Shown here: one piece after another, positions 1-9,184 of the stretch | How the letters are laid out: every line of letters begins with the position of its first letter | Numbering within the stretch: position 1 is the first letter of the stretch | From: an uncultured candidate division Zixibacteria bacterium | GTDB lineage: Bacteria; Zixibacteria; MSB-5A5; RBG-16-43-9 | Reading direction: 5' to 3' | Length of the DNA stretch: 64,000 bases | Assembly: GCA_963713865.1 (NCBI GenBank) | Contig: OY970208.1 | Coordinates: 192,001 to 256,000 of the forward strand | Made by a program: the position numbers and the translations under genes | Notes under the pieces: generated by a model | The model's input: only the letters and a program-made list of their open reading frames with translations | Databases searched by the model: none | What the model was told of the DNA's origin: nothing

Positions 1-49
1 CTACCTGATCAATTATCTTTTCAAAGGTGGACCAGCACCGTGTAGTTGA
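1..49 (+). CDS. 3' end of a dockerin-domain protein (truncated by window start)
   Basis: Frame from nt 2 reads YLINYLFKGGPAPCS-stop, nearly identical to the dockerin tail of the C25 peptidase ending at 27967. Confidence 0.85.
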   Translation, partial: YLINYLFKGGPAPCS

Positions 50-169
50 AAAGGAAAATCGAAAACAGAAAAAAGGAAGAAAGAAGATGAAAAGACGTGA
101 GCATGATTCGTGTTTGGTGAGCGTGTCGGGGCAGTTCGCAGTGATAAGTTTTCAGCTTCGTTATATAGA

Positions 170-450
170 GTAGGGACAGAACAGTGTTCTGTCCCCAGGT
201 TATTTGCGACCCTGAGAGCGGTACTACGAAAAAGTATTAAGGATATTGAAGAAAAAATTCGTAGCGTTGCCGCTCCTGTCCTACGGATCAGTTTCTAGGA
301 TGGCAACTATGTTTTTAATTATAGGGGATGGATTTTCCCCCCACATCTTCAGGGCGAGGTATCCTTGCCCCTACAGATTTTTTACGACCCTGTCCAGCAG
401 TGGCTCCGCCAGACGTAGTCTCCTAATAGGAAAAGGGTCACACTACGAAA
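170..450. repeat. Cluster of GTAG/CTAC-tailed REP-like palindromes
   Basis: e.g. GTAGGGACAGAACAGTGTTCTGTCCC (170-195), AGGGCGAGGTATCCTTGCCCCTAC, GGGTCACACTACGAA. Confidence 0.75.
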
Positions 451-563
451 ATAAAGACTCCCTGTCAATTAACCTTGCTAAACAGATTCTCCTTTCTTAA
501 ATTTTACTTGAAGTAAATTACATAAAAAAGCAGAGTTTAACTTTCCCCTTAGAGTGCCTTGAA

Positions 564-1382
564 ATGAGTATAATCCAACCTAAACTTAAAAAAATCATCT
601 CCGCCAGCCGGAGAGTTGATCTTTTGAGCTTTTATCCGGATTATCTAATCCAGAGAATAGAAGAAATCGGTAAGGATAATATCCATACATTAGTTATCTG
701 GACTAAAAACCCTCTTAATATCTTCAAAAATAAACCCTTGAGAAAATATCTTAAAACCATAAACCAGCTTTATCTTCTATTGACTGTAACTGGCTTGGGA
801 GGAACTCCTTTAGAATCGAAAGCACCTGAGACTGATATGGTTTTAAAGAATTTACCAGATTTAGTAGATTTCTTAGGCTCTCCTTTGAGGCTGGCTTTAA
901 GGTATGACCCCTTAATCGAGGTGGTTTATGATAAAAAAAATCACCTGACCAACATAGACCTGAAGCTTTTTCATTATATTTTAAACTCCCTTTATCCCCT
1001 GGGTATAAAAAGGGTTATAACCTCCTTCGTTACTCTGTATCCTAAAGTCAGAAAACGTCTTAGTAAATATAATTTTCAGATGATGGAGCATCCTTTAGAA
1101 GAGATTGAAGGTTTCATTCTGAAAAAAATGACCCCACAGGCTGAAAAGCTTGGAATTGAAGTTTCCACTTGCGTCTTGCCGGAGATAACCTCAAAAGGTT
1201 GTATCGATGGTAAAACCCTGATGGAGCTTCTTCCTCAGAAAGAGCCTTGCTCTCTGGTCAAAGATAAGAGCCAGAGGATAAGCTGTCACTGCACTAAATC
1301 CGTAGATATTGGCAGGTGGTTTTCCTGTCATCATGGATGTTTATATTGTTATGGAAATCCAAGTCTAAAAAAAACTAATTGA
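564..1382 (+). CDS. DUF1848 family protein (radical-SAM-like, C-terminal CxxxCxYCY)
   Basis: IISASRRxD N-terminus, WTKNP, RYDP, GCID, C.C..SVDIG and CHHGCLYCYGN motifs. Confidence 0.85.
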   Translation: MSIIQPKLKKIISASRRVDLLSFYPDYLIQRIEEIGKDNIHTLVIWTKNPLNIFKNKPLRKYLKTINQLYLLLTVTGLGGTPLESKAPETDMVLKNLPDLVDFLGSPLRLALRYDPLIEVVYDKKNHLTNIDLKLFHYILNSLYPLGIKRVITSFVTLYPKVRKRLSKYNFQMMEHPLEEIEGFILKKMTPQAEKLGIEVSTCVLPEITSKGCIDGKTLMELLPQKEPCSLVKDKSQRISCHCTKSVDIGRWFSCHHGCLYCYGNPSLKKTN

Positions 1383-1516
1383 CCACCGTATAACTCCCTC
1401 TTATTACTAAAGATAATCCCTCTTAAGTCGATAATAAAATAGAGATTTATCTTTAAAATAATAAAATAAAAATATGTAACCCCGAAAGAGAAAACTTTTT
1501 TTGAAAGAGGTGAGCT

Positions 1517-3433
1517 GTGAGTCAAGTCGATGAAAACCTTACGACGGCTACGCCGGGCTCGGTCCCCCGTAGGGAAGAAAACAGGCCTCTGGAAAACTCT
1601 CAGGAGATCAGAGATAATCCTGAGGAAACTAAAATAGCAGTCGAAGAAAGAAAAGAAGAAAATCCTGAAAACCCAACTCAATCTATGAAGAAAAAAGAGG
1701 GTGATACCCAGAAGATTGAGATCCAGTCCCCGATCGAGGCGATGATTGAAAAGCCCGAACCAGTATCTTCAAAACCCGAAAGTATCGAAAGAGAAAATCT
1801 GGTAGAGAAAAAACCGAAAAGAACGAGAATTTATAAGAGAAAAGAGAGGTTGGATTCCCAGGACAGTGTCCCTGAAACACCTGCAGCGGATGAGATAAAG
1901 ACCGTTGAATCAGAAGCTGAGACACCGGAACTGGATACCTTCGATCAGCCCAAACCCTTAGAAGAGCAAAAAGTCTCAACTAAAGGGATTGCTCATTTCA
2001 GAGAGAATGTAATAAAGATAGCCGGCGGGTTTAAGATTCATTCCGGTGACGAGATGAGAATCGGGGAACGGGAGTTTGAGCTCAGGCGCTTAGATCCCAG
2101 CAAGAAACCTTTCTACTGGGGAGCTTTTGCTTTAGGGATTGTAATCTTGTTCTTCATCTTTCAGCTCAATTTTACAGGATACAAAGATTCCGGCAAGATC
2201 GTGGGAGCGGTGATTGATAAAGGCACAGGTGCATTTGTTCCCGGTGCTATTATCGAGCTTAAGAATCTGGGGAAAAAAATTCACTCTAACGATTTGGGAT
2301 TTTTCATACTGGATGCCCTGCCAGCTGGCACCTATGAGCTGCAAACCCAGTTTAAAGGATTTAAACCTTCAAGGGAGAATGCAGTAGTAGTAAAGAAACA
2401 GATCACCACTACCCTGGTGGAGCTCACTTCAGAAAGTGAAGGGGTCTTACCTGCTCAGACAGGCTCTGTAGAGAAAAGAACCGAACCTCAAACTAAACCG
2501 GGAACCCCTAATCTACCTTCAGCCTCAAAGTCACAGTCAGGTTCCATCAAAATAGAATCCAATGTTCCGGGCGTGATAGTTTTTATAGATGGAGAATACT
2601 TGGGAGTGGGGAATAACGTTTACGCAGACATCGCACCCGGCACTCATAATTTAAGGCTGGCTAAAGACAACTATCAGGACTGGACCGGTAATGTGACAGT
2701 CAAAGAGAAGAAAACCTCCGGGATAAAGGCAAACCTCCCTAAAATCGAAACCTCATCCAGCTCTGCTCTTTCTGCTAAAGAACAGACGGATTACTTCACT
2801 TCAGCTCAAAAAGAATTCGATGCCGGCAACTATGCCGGAGCAGTGGAAAATTTCAACAAAGGTCTCCTGGTTAATTCCGATAATCCGGAGGCTTATTTAG
2901 GAAGAGGAAATTCCTATCTTAAGATCGGTGATCAGACCAAAGCCCTGGCAGATTTCTCTCAGGGAGCTAAGCTGTTTGAGGAAAAAGGTAATTACAATAA
3001 AGCGGCTCTGTGTTATACTCAGACGCTGAATGTTACTCCAGGCGATTTTAATGCTCTTTACAGCCGGGCACAGGATTATATCAAAACTGGGGAATACGAA
3101 AAAGCAGTTACGGACCTGAAAAAGGTGACCGAACAAAATTCAAAATTTTTCAACGGGTTTATGGAATTAGGGAATGCCCAGTATAATTCCAAAGATTATT
3201 CAGGAGCAGTGGAAAGCTACTCTAAGGCTAAAAAGCTGAACTCCAACTCCAAACAGGTCTATGTTAAATTAGCACTTACCTACACTGCCAAGCAGGATAA
3301 ATCCGGGGCAAAGAAAAATTACGAGAAATTCAAAGAGCTTACCACTCTGGTTGACCGGGAAAGTATGAAAGACGACCCGGAATGGGTCAATGTCCTTAAA
3401 TTCTTAGGAGAGGAAACCGAAAAAGAATTTTAG
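1517..3433 (+). CDS. Membrane-anchored protein: disordered N-terminus, one TM helix, carboxypeptidase-regulatory-like domain, PEGA domain, TPR repeats
   Basis: RBS GAGGTG before GTG; TM FYWGAFALGIVILFFIF; G.IVGAVID..TG; PEGA-like IKIESNVPGVIVFIDG; multiple TPR helices. Confidence 0.8.
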   Translation: MSQVDENLTTATPGSVPRREENRPLENSQEIRDNPEETKIAVEERKEENPENPTQSMKKKEGDTQKIEIQSPIEAMIEKPEPVSSKPESIERENLVEKKPKRTRIYKRKERLDSQDSVPETPAADEIKTVESEAETPELDTFDQPKPLEEQKVSTKGIAHFRENVIKIAGGFKIHSGDEMRIGEREFELRRLDPSKKPFYWGAFALGIVILFFIFQLNFTGYKDSGKIVGAVIDKGTGAFVPGAIIELKNLGKKIHSNDLGFFILDALPAGTYELQTQFKGFKPSRENAVVVKKQITTTLVELTSESEGVLPAQTGSVEKRTEPQTKPGTPNLPSASKSQSGSIKIESNVPGVIVFIDGEYLGVGNNVYADIAPGTHNLRLAKDNYQDWTGNVTVKEKKTSGIKANLPKIETSSSSALSAKEQTDYFTSAQKEFDAGNYAGAVENFNKGLLVNSDNPEAYLGRGNSYLKIGDQTKALADFSQGAKLFEEKGNYNKAALCYTQTLNVTPGDFNALYSRAQDYIKTGEYEKAVTDLKKVTEQNSKFFNGFMELGNAQYNSKDYSGAVESYSKAKKLNSNSKQVYVKLALTYTAKQDKSGAKKNYEKFKELTTLVDRESMKDDPEWVNVLKFLGEETEKEF

Positions 3434-3515
3434 TTCTTATTTGGAGTGCGTCCATACGGATGCATTATAATTACAGATAATTCACTTCATCTCATCGCTA
3501 CACTCTAACAAAAAG

Positions 3516-3544
3516 ACCCCTGCCCCCTGGCGGGGGTTTTTATT
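3516..3544 (+). terminator. Probable rho-independent terminator
   Basis: ACCCCTGCC-CCCT-GGCGGGGGT followed by T run. Confidence 0.6.
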
Positions 3545-3750
3545 GGTAGAACAGGCATCCTTGCCTGTTTTGTTGTAGAAACCTTCAGGTTTCCATTCTT
3601 ATTAATCAAAATCGGTAGAACAGACCTTCTCTCTGTTCTACGAGTAAAATTACGTAGTTGCCCATGGTAGAACAGGCATCCTTGCCTGTTCTTTCAGTCA
3701 GACAAAAATGTCTGACTTACCAGCTATAAAGTGTAATGGAAACCTCAGGT
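3545..3750. repeat. REP-like cluster (GGTAGAACAGGCATCCTTGCCTGTT x2 plus variants)
   Basis: Identical 25-mer at 3545 and 3666; related copies at about 3614, 4545 and 9150. Confidence 0.75.
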
Positions 3751-3849
3751 ATCCATTTTTATAAGCACAGACACAACTCCTATGCAAGAAGGTAGATTCT
3801 TTTGAAAACCTTCCTTGACAAAATATAAAAAAAATGTAAGTTTTGAGTT

Positions 3850-4527
3850 ATGTGCGGACGTTATACCATAACCGTTAAAGAAGAAATCCTTATCCAGAGA
3901 TTCAAGGTTGAAGATTACCAGGGAGAGCATTTCCCCAGATTTAACGTTGCTCCCAGCCAGAACAATCCCGTAGTTTTAGTCAATGAAAAGAATAATAGAG
4001 CGATGTACCCTGTGAGATGGGGATTAATCCCTTCCTGGGCAAAAGAAGAGGCTATCGGGAACAAAATGATCAATGCCCGAATAGAAACAGTAGCTGAAAA
4101 ACCTACTTTCCGGACCGCTTTTTCTAAAAGGCGATGTTTAGTCCCTGCGGATGGGTATTACGAGTGGAGAAAAAACGGTAAACCGGGCAAAAAGCAGCCT
4201 TTCCGGATAGTCTTAAAATCCAGAGAGCTTTTTGCATTTGCCGGATTATGGGACCTCTGGAAGAATCCAGAAGGAGACACAATCCGCTCTTATACTATCG
4301 TCACCACAGAAGCGGATGAATTAGTGGGAAAGATTCATCCAAGGATGCCGATTATACTCAGACCCGAAAATGAAAATACCTGGATAGACCCTAATCTACA
4401 CGACCCTAATACCCTTATGAAACTCCTTTCCCCCTATCCTGCTGATTTAACCGAGATGTATGAAGTATCCTCTCTGGTAGGAAATCCAGGTGTTGACGTT
4501 GAGGATTGTATCCTGCCTGTTAAGTAA
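3850..4527 (+). CDS. SRAP (YedK/HMCES-like) abasic-site processing protein
   Basis: N-terminal MCGRY, RFNVAP, WGLIP.W, INAR.ET, RRCLVPADGYYEW, IH.RMP. Confidence 0.95.
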   Translation: MCGRYTITVKEEILIQRFKVEDYQGEHFPRFNVAPSQNNPVVLVNEKNNRAMYPVRWGLIPSWAKEEAIGNKMINARIETVAEKPTFRTAFSKRRCLVPADGYYEWRKNGKPGKKQPFRIVLKSRELFAFAGLWDLWKNPEGDTIRSYTIVTTEADELVGKIHPRMPIILRPENENTWIDPNLHDPNTLMKLLSPYPADLTEMYEVSSLVGNPGVDVEDCILPVK

Positions 4528-4598
4528 TAGTTGTTATTTAAAATGGTAGAACAGACATCTTGTCTATTCTTAACTTAATGTAGCGACTGTCTTGAAAA

Positions 4599-5524
4599 TC
4601 AAGCATTTTTTAAAATGGCATTACAGATAATTAGTAATTTGCGCATCACCGCAACCACGGCTACTTTTTTTGCCTTTCCTGAAGCTAATAACCTCTGATA
4701 AAACTCTTTTAGCTTCTGGTTAAATCTTATTGCTACCAAGACAGGCATATACAGGATCTTCTTATGAGTCCACGTCCTCCACTTATGAAGCTTTTACCTT
4801 TCCACTTGCCACTCTCTCGGTTGAAAGGTGACACCCCCGCCAACGCAGATATCTTTTTCCTATCTACTCTCCCCAACTCAGGTAAACAAGAAAGTAAACT
4901 TATAGCGGTGATAAATCCCATCCCTTTTTCCCTTCTTAAAAATCCAACCTTCCGCATAATCTGATCATCTTTTTGAGCTAATTCCTTTATCCTCTCATCC
5001 ATCAGCTCAAGCTCCTTCTCCAATACCTTGATTATCCTTTTAAGGCTTTTTGCCTTTTCCCTCTCTGCTATACGAAGCCTGTTTTTCTCTGCCACTACCA
5101 TTTCCTGCAACTCCTGCCGCCTTTTGATAAGCTCCTGAATCTCCAACTCCATCTCACTTATCTCCCCTAACTCCTCTAACTTCACCACCTGTCCAAATCT
5201 GGCTATAACCCGGGCATCAATCTTGTCCGTCTTCGCCAGTTTTCCTATCCCCCTGGCAAAATGCCTTACCCGTGCAGGATTAACTACATGAGCCTGAATC
5301 CCTAACTCTCTTAACATCCTCCTACAAACCCGCTCATACCCTCCTGATGCCTCCATAACTACCAACTCTACTTTGTTACCCCTTAACCAAGATATGAACT
5401 TCTTAATACCTTTCCTGGTGTTGCTGAAGGTCCGGCGGTGTGGATTAGCAGTATCATCTGCCAAAAGAATGCAAGCTTCAAGCTCCTCTGAACTAACGTC
5501 AATCCCGCAAACTATCTGTTGCAT
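4599..5524 (-). pseudogene. IS110 recombinase/transposase with one frameshift near 4760 (real or sequencing error)
   Basis: GIDVS, MEASG, KTDKIDA, ESG catalytic motifs; after GGRGLIR an alternative frame continues ILYMPVLVAIRFN...GKAKKVAVVAVMRKLL..NA-stop at 4599. Confidence 0.88.
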
Positions 5525-5554
5525 AACTACTCCTCCTTTAGTATAATTTAATTA

Positions 5555-5755
5555 ACTTGCCTCTGGTAGCCCATACTTGCTATGCGGTCTTTTTAACCAT
5601 TCGACTGTTCGAGCTTGCAGAGGCACAAGGGACCTTGCCGACGACCAAGCTACGAACGAGCTTTTAGCCCAAGTGCGACACGATCTGTCGGCAAGGTTCC
5701 CTTCCACCATTGGGTGAAGGGTATATCCCTTATTCACCTGTAAAATATAAACATA
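5555..5755 (-). ncRNA. Putative IS110 bridge RNA (ends approximate)
   Basis: 5' stem-loop (5712-5739), target-binding loop closed by stem 5631-42/5687-98, donor-binding loop closed by stem 5558-65/5618-25; loop guides match the element's own target and donor junctions. Confidence 0.85.
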
Positions 5756-5985
5756 ATATTCAATATACAAGTGCGACCCTTTCAGGGTCGCTTGATATAT
5801 GTGTAAGACAGTAACATCTGATTTGAAGCTTTTGTAGCGGAAACCCTCAGGTTTCCATTGGAAACTTAATATGACAGCCTTACCCTAACCCTATCTTAAA
5901 GAGAGAGGGAGAAGTATTTCCCTCCCCATAGCAGAGAGTCAGACAGGAATGTCTGATCTGCTATCGTTAGGCATAAAACACGCCG

Positions 5986-6678
5986 CTACTTAATCGCTTT
6001 GTGGATGGCACTCGCTCCAAAAAGCAGCCGTTTGAAGGTAACCTCCGAAAAACCGGCTTCTCTTATGATTTCTGCGTATTCTTCTGCTGGATAGAATCGG
6101 GGAATCGTCTGAGAAAGGTAAGTGTAAGCAGATTTGGAACCGGAGATTATCTGACCTACCGGTTTAACTGCCAACCGGATGTAGAGATGAAAGAATTTTC
6201 TGATGATTTTAGACTTCGGCTGGCTGGTCTCCACGCTCACAAATCTTCCCCCGGGTTTTAAAACCCTGTGAATTTCCTTGAGAGACTCAAGAAACTTATC
6301 GCGGTTAAGGTTTATATTCCGCACCGCAAATGAAATTGTCACCAGGTCAAAGGTATTATCCGGAAAAGGGAGGGTATTAATATCGGAGAGTATGAAAGTT
6401 ATACGGGATGACTCTTTTTTCTCCAGGGCTTTACGAATCATCGGAAAGCTGAAATCTGCAGCGAATACTTTAGTCTTTTCCGGAGCAAGCCTGCGAAGAT
6501 AAGAAGCCATCTCCCCGGTCCCAGAACAAATATCCATCCACATCTCCCCACCATCTGCAACTGATATTCTTGCTGCCTTTTTGCGCCAGAAAATATCCAT
6601 CCCGAAGGTCAAAATATGATTAACCAGCTCATAAGTCTGCGGAACCTCAGAAAAAATTTTTTTAATACCTTCTTGCAT
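5986..6678 (-). CDS. UbiE/MenG family methyltransferase
   Basis: YELVNHILTFG.D..WR, DICSGTG, LPFPDNTFD.VTISF..RN, AYTYL..TI..F. Confidence 0.9.
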   Translation of the reverse strand: MQEGIKKIFSEVPQTYELVNHILTFGMDIFWRKKAARISVADGGEMWMDICSGTGEMASYLRRLAPEKTKVFAADFSFPMIRKALEKKESSRITFILSDINTLPFPDNTFDLVTISFAVRNINLNRDKFLESLKEIHRVLKPGGRFVSVETSQPKSKIIRKFFHLYIRLAVKPVGQIISGSKSAYTYLSQTIPRFYPAEEYAEIIREAGFSEVTFKRLLFGASAIHKAIK

Positions 6679-6811
6679 AAGGCATTTTTATTGATGCGGA
6701 AATTGGATTTTCCCGCTTCTGGCGGAATCCTGATGACCTGCACAAAATCCAATTCGGGAATTCCAATTCCCGAATTAACAAGAAACATCGGACGTTACGT
6801 TTTGTTCTCTT

Positions 6812-7762
6812 TCATTCTAATACATACCCTTGAAAAGCTTTTACTGCCGATTGATACCCTTCCTCTATCCTCCACTGGATCGTCTTCTGGGAAAAATCCA
6901 GGGAGTCTCCCAAATCCTTATCCGGCTGAATCAGGATGGTTTTGTAAGCTCTATAAACATCCTCACTATTTTTCTTTTTAAGAGTAAAACCTTTTTCTTT
7001 TGCCTGTTCCACCAGATAGTTGATGGTTAAATACTCCTGAATGTCAGAGTTGAAAATCTCATTGATGGTAATTTCGGTTAAAGACCTTTTGGCAATCATC
7101 AAGAAGTTCTTGGAAGCCCTGGGATCCGGTTCTAATTTCGACAGCTGGCAGTTGACGATTATAACCTCTGTGGGGTCCTCATCCAGGATGTCACCCAGCG
7201 GGCTGACGTTCCGGACCCCGCCATCCACAAGGTTTTCAAGGTGCAAATTATTTTTCAGGTTAATCTCTTTGATCGGTTTCCAGATAAGAGGAATGGCAGT
7301 TGAGGCTAAAACCGCTTTTCTAAAATCCTCATCCTTGTCAAAATCAGAAGGCTTAAGCGCTTTATACTCGCCTGAAACCAGTAATACAACCCCAACTCTC
7401 AAATCATATTTATCTGACTTTACGTCTTTGAGAAAAACGTGCTGGTCTAATTTTTCCTTTAATGGCTTGTTGCTCAGAACCGATTTTGCGCCGAACAATA
7501 TTTTAAAGACTGCAGTCCAGGATATTTTCCCTTTATATACCTGGTCATTTGACATGTTATTCCATATCTCTTTTAATTTATCATACTTTTCCATCGCCAG
7601 CATAATCCCGTTTAAGGCACCCACCGATACGCCAGCTATGATGGAATAATCAAAGCCCGGGAATTTTTTTCTGATCTCTTCCTCGATATATTTTATTGCC
7701 CCAAACTGGAACGAGCCCCAGGCATTCCCCCCGCTTAAAACCAATGCTATCTTCCTCGACAT
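6812..7762 (-). CDS. Patatin-like phospholipase
   Basis: LVLSGG..G, GVSVG nucleophile, DGG motif. Confidence 0.9.
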   Translation of the reverse strand: MSRKIALVLSGGNAWGSFQFGAIKYIEEEIRKKFPGFDYSIIAGVSVGALNGIMLAMEKYDKLKEIWNNMSNDQVYKGKISWTAVFKILFGAKSVLSNKPLKEKLDQHVFLKDVKSDKYDLRVGVVLLVSGEYKALKPSDFDKDEDFRKAVLASTAIPLIWKPIKEINLKNNLHLENLVDGGVRNVSPLGDILDEDPTEVIIVNCQLSKLEPDPRASKNFLMIAKRSLTEITINEIFNSDIQEYLTINYLVEQAKEKGFTLKKKNSEDVYRAYKTILIQPDKDLGDSLDFSQKTIQWRIEEGYQSAVKAFQGYVLE

Positions 7763-7874
7763 AAACCCTCCCTTCGAATACTTATGATAATGATTTAGTT
7801 ACTTAGGTCAACCATCTCCGTCAAAGGCAGAGTGGTTGACATTTTTTTGTCTATTCAAAACCTCCGAACTTTTA

Positions 7875-8309
7875 TCATCGGTTATCAGATCCTCTGTCCT
7901 TTCCATAAGTGAATTCTCTGATGTGCATCCCGTAGATTTCATCAAAACCTAATTTTTTATAGAATGCTCCTTTATCCGGATCAGTGATTAAAACAATATC
8001 ATAATAACCCCTAAGATGCGAAATCGCCAGATTCACCAGATGCTTGCCAATCCCTTTTCCTTGATGGAGCTGGAGAACTTCAACCAGAGTGATAAAGGCA
8101 TGCATCGCTCCATCGCTAATTGCTGTAAGAAAACCTAAAAGCTTCCCCTTTTCCCTGGCAGTGATTATTAGATCAGACCCGGCTATAAGCCTACCTTTAA
8201 TCTTTGAGGAGGGAGGCGATTTCCAATTCTGGAAAAAGGAGTCAAGCTCATCCTGCATAACGCTGTCATTTATTTTATACTCGATCATCTCAAATTTTGT
8301 AGGTCGCAA
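7875..8309 (-). CDS. GNAT N-acetyltransferase (start uncertain)
   Basis: HQGKGIG acetyl-CoA motif, FYKKLGF. Confidence 0.8.
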   Translation of the reverse strand: MRPTKFEMIEYKINDSVMQDELDSFFQNWKSPPSSKIKGRLIAGSDLIITAREKGKLLGFLTAISDGAMHAFITLVEVLQLHQGKGIGKHLVNLAISHLRGYYDIVLITDPDKGAFYKKLGFDEIYGMHIREFTYGKDRGSDNR

Positions 8310-8365
8310 TCCCCGATGTATCAGAAGTCACCTTCTGTCTACAACATACTTATCCTACTATGCTC

Positions 8366-8833
8366 TCAACTCAAACTAAGTTCCATGAATATCGCACCCT
8401 TTACAGGATTGGGCCGATAAGGCTCAATTTCTTTAAAGCCCAAAGAGCGATAAAGCGCTATTGCTTCCTTCATCGAAGGAACAGTATCCAGAAGCATTTT
8501 GGAATAACCGAGCTTGCGCGCCTCCTCAATAATAGTCACTGCTAAACCTCTGCCGATCCCTTTCCCTTTAAATTCTGGTTTTACATATAACCTTTTCATC
8601 TCGCAGATACCTTCGCTGAATTTTCTCAAAGCAACGCATCCAGCTGTCTTCGTTTCGTATTCAGCTAAAAGCAGGCAGCCGTCAGGCGGAGCATAATCTC
8701 CCGGAAGCCCTGCCAGCTCTTTGTCGAAATTCTGAAAACAGAGGTCAAAATTTAGAGAACTGGCGTACTCTATGAACAATTCTTTAATCTGACCAAGTTG
8801 TTCTTCAGATTCAGCATAAACGAATTTTAACAT
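8366..8833 (-). CDS. GNAT N-acetyltransferase
   Basis: CEMKRLYV.PEFKGKGIG, AIALYRSLGF. Confidence 0.9.
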   Translation of the reverse strand: MLKFVYAESEEQLGQIKELFIEYASSLNFDLCFQNFDKELAGLPGDYAPPDGCLLLAEYETKTAGCVALRKFSEGICEMKRLYVKPEFKGKGIGRGLAVTIIEEARKLGYSKMLLDTVPSMKEAIALYRSLGFKEIEPYRPNPVKGAIFMELSLS

Positions 8834-9184
8834 TTCCTGATAATTCCTAAAATGTCAGACACTTTTTTGTCAAGCAGATCGCCTTTGATGAGATATGCTT
8901 AACCTGAGATCTACTGGAGTTTAAAACCTTAGTTTTATCTTGAATAATCATTGTAAAACACGGGATTTCTTTCTTGTAAACCTGGGGGTTTACACTCCCA
9001 AAACTATTTTGTCAAGTTTCTCTCATCGGGTATAAAGCCTGACGCTATTTTTTTTTCGTCTTCCTTTTTATGCTTTCCTTTTCCCCTTTTTTAGGGATTT
9101 AACCGCACTAACTTTAACACTTACCACCCAAATCCTTTATCTCGATAATGGTAGGACAGGCATCTTGTCTGTCCTTAGCTTAAC

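Larger units (their letters stand above)
4582..5771 (-). mobile_element. IS110-family element (IS621-like) inserted in a GTAG REP
   Basis: CT core (AG on +) at both ends (4582-83, 5770-71); removing the element restores GTAGTGCGACCCTTTCAGGGTCGC; contains DEDD recombinase gene and structured upstream non-coding end. Confidence 0.9.

Noticed and set aside
110-500. ORFs 110-298 and 246-500
   Set aside because: Run through REP palindromes, no RBS, no recognisable motifs
5552-5770. 72-aa ORF upstream of IS110 recombinase
   Set aside because: Coincides with the structured bridge-RNA region; better explained as non-coding
7041-7649. Long antisense ORF (202 aa) and similar shadow ORFs
   Set aside because: Lie opposite well-supported genes and show no motifs or RBS
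6812-7762. CBASS or other defence effector (patatin)
   Set aside because: No cyclase or defence genes adjacent; neighbours are GNATs and a methyltransferase
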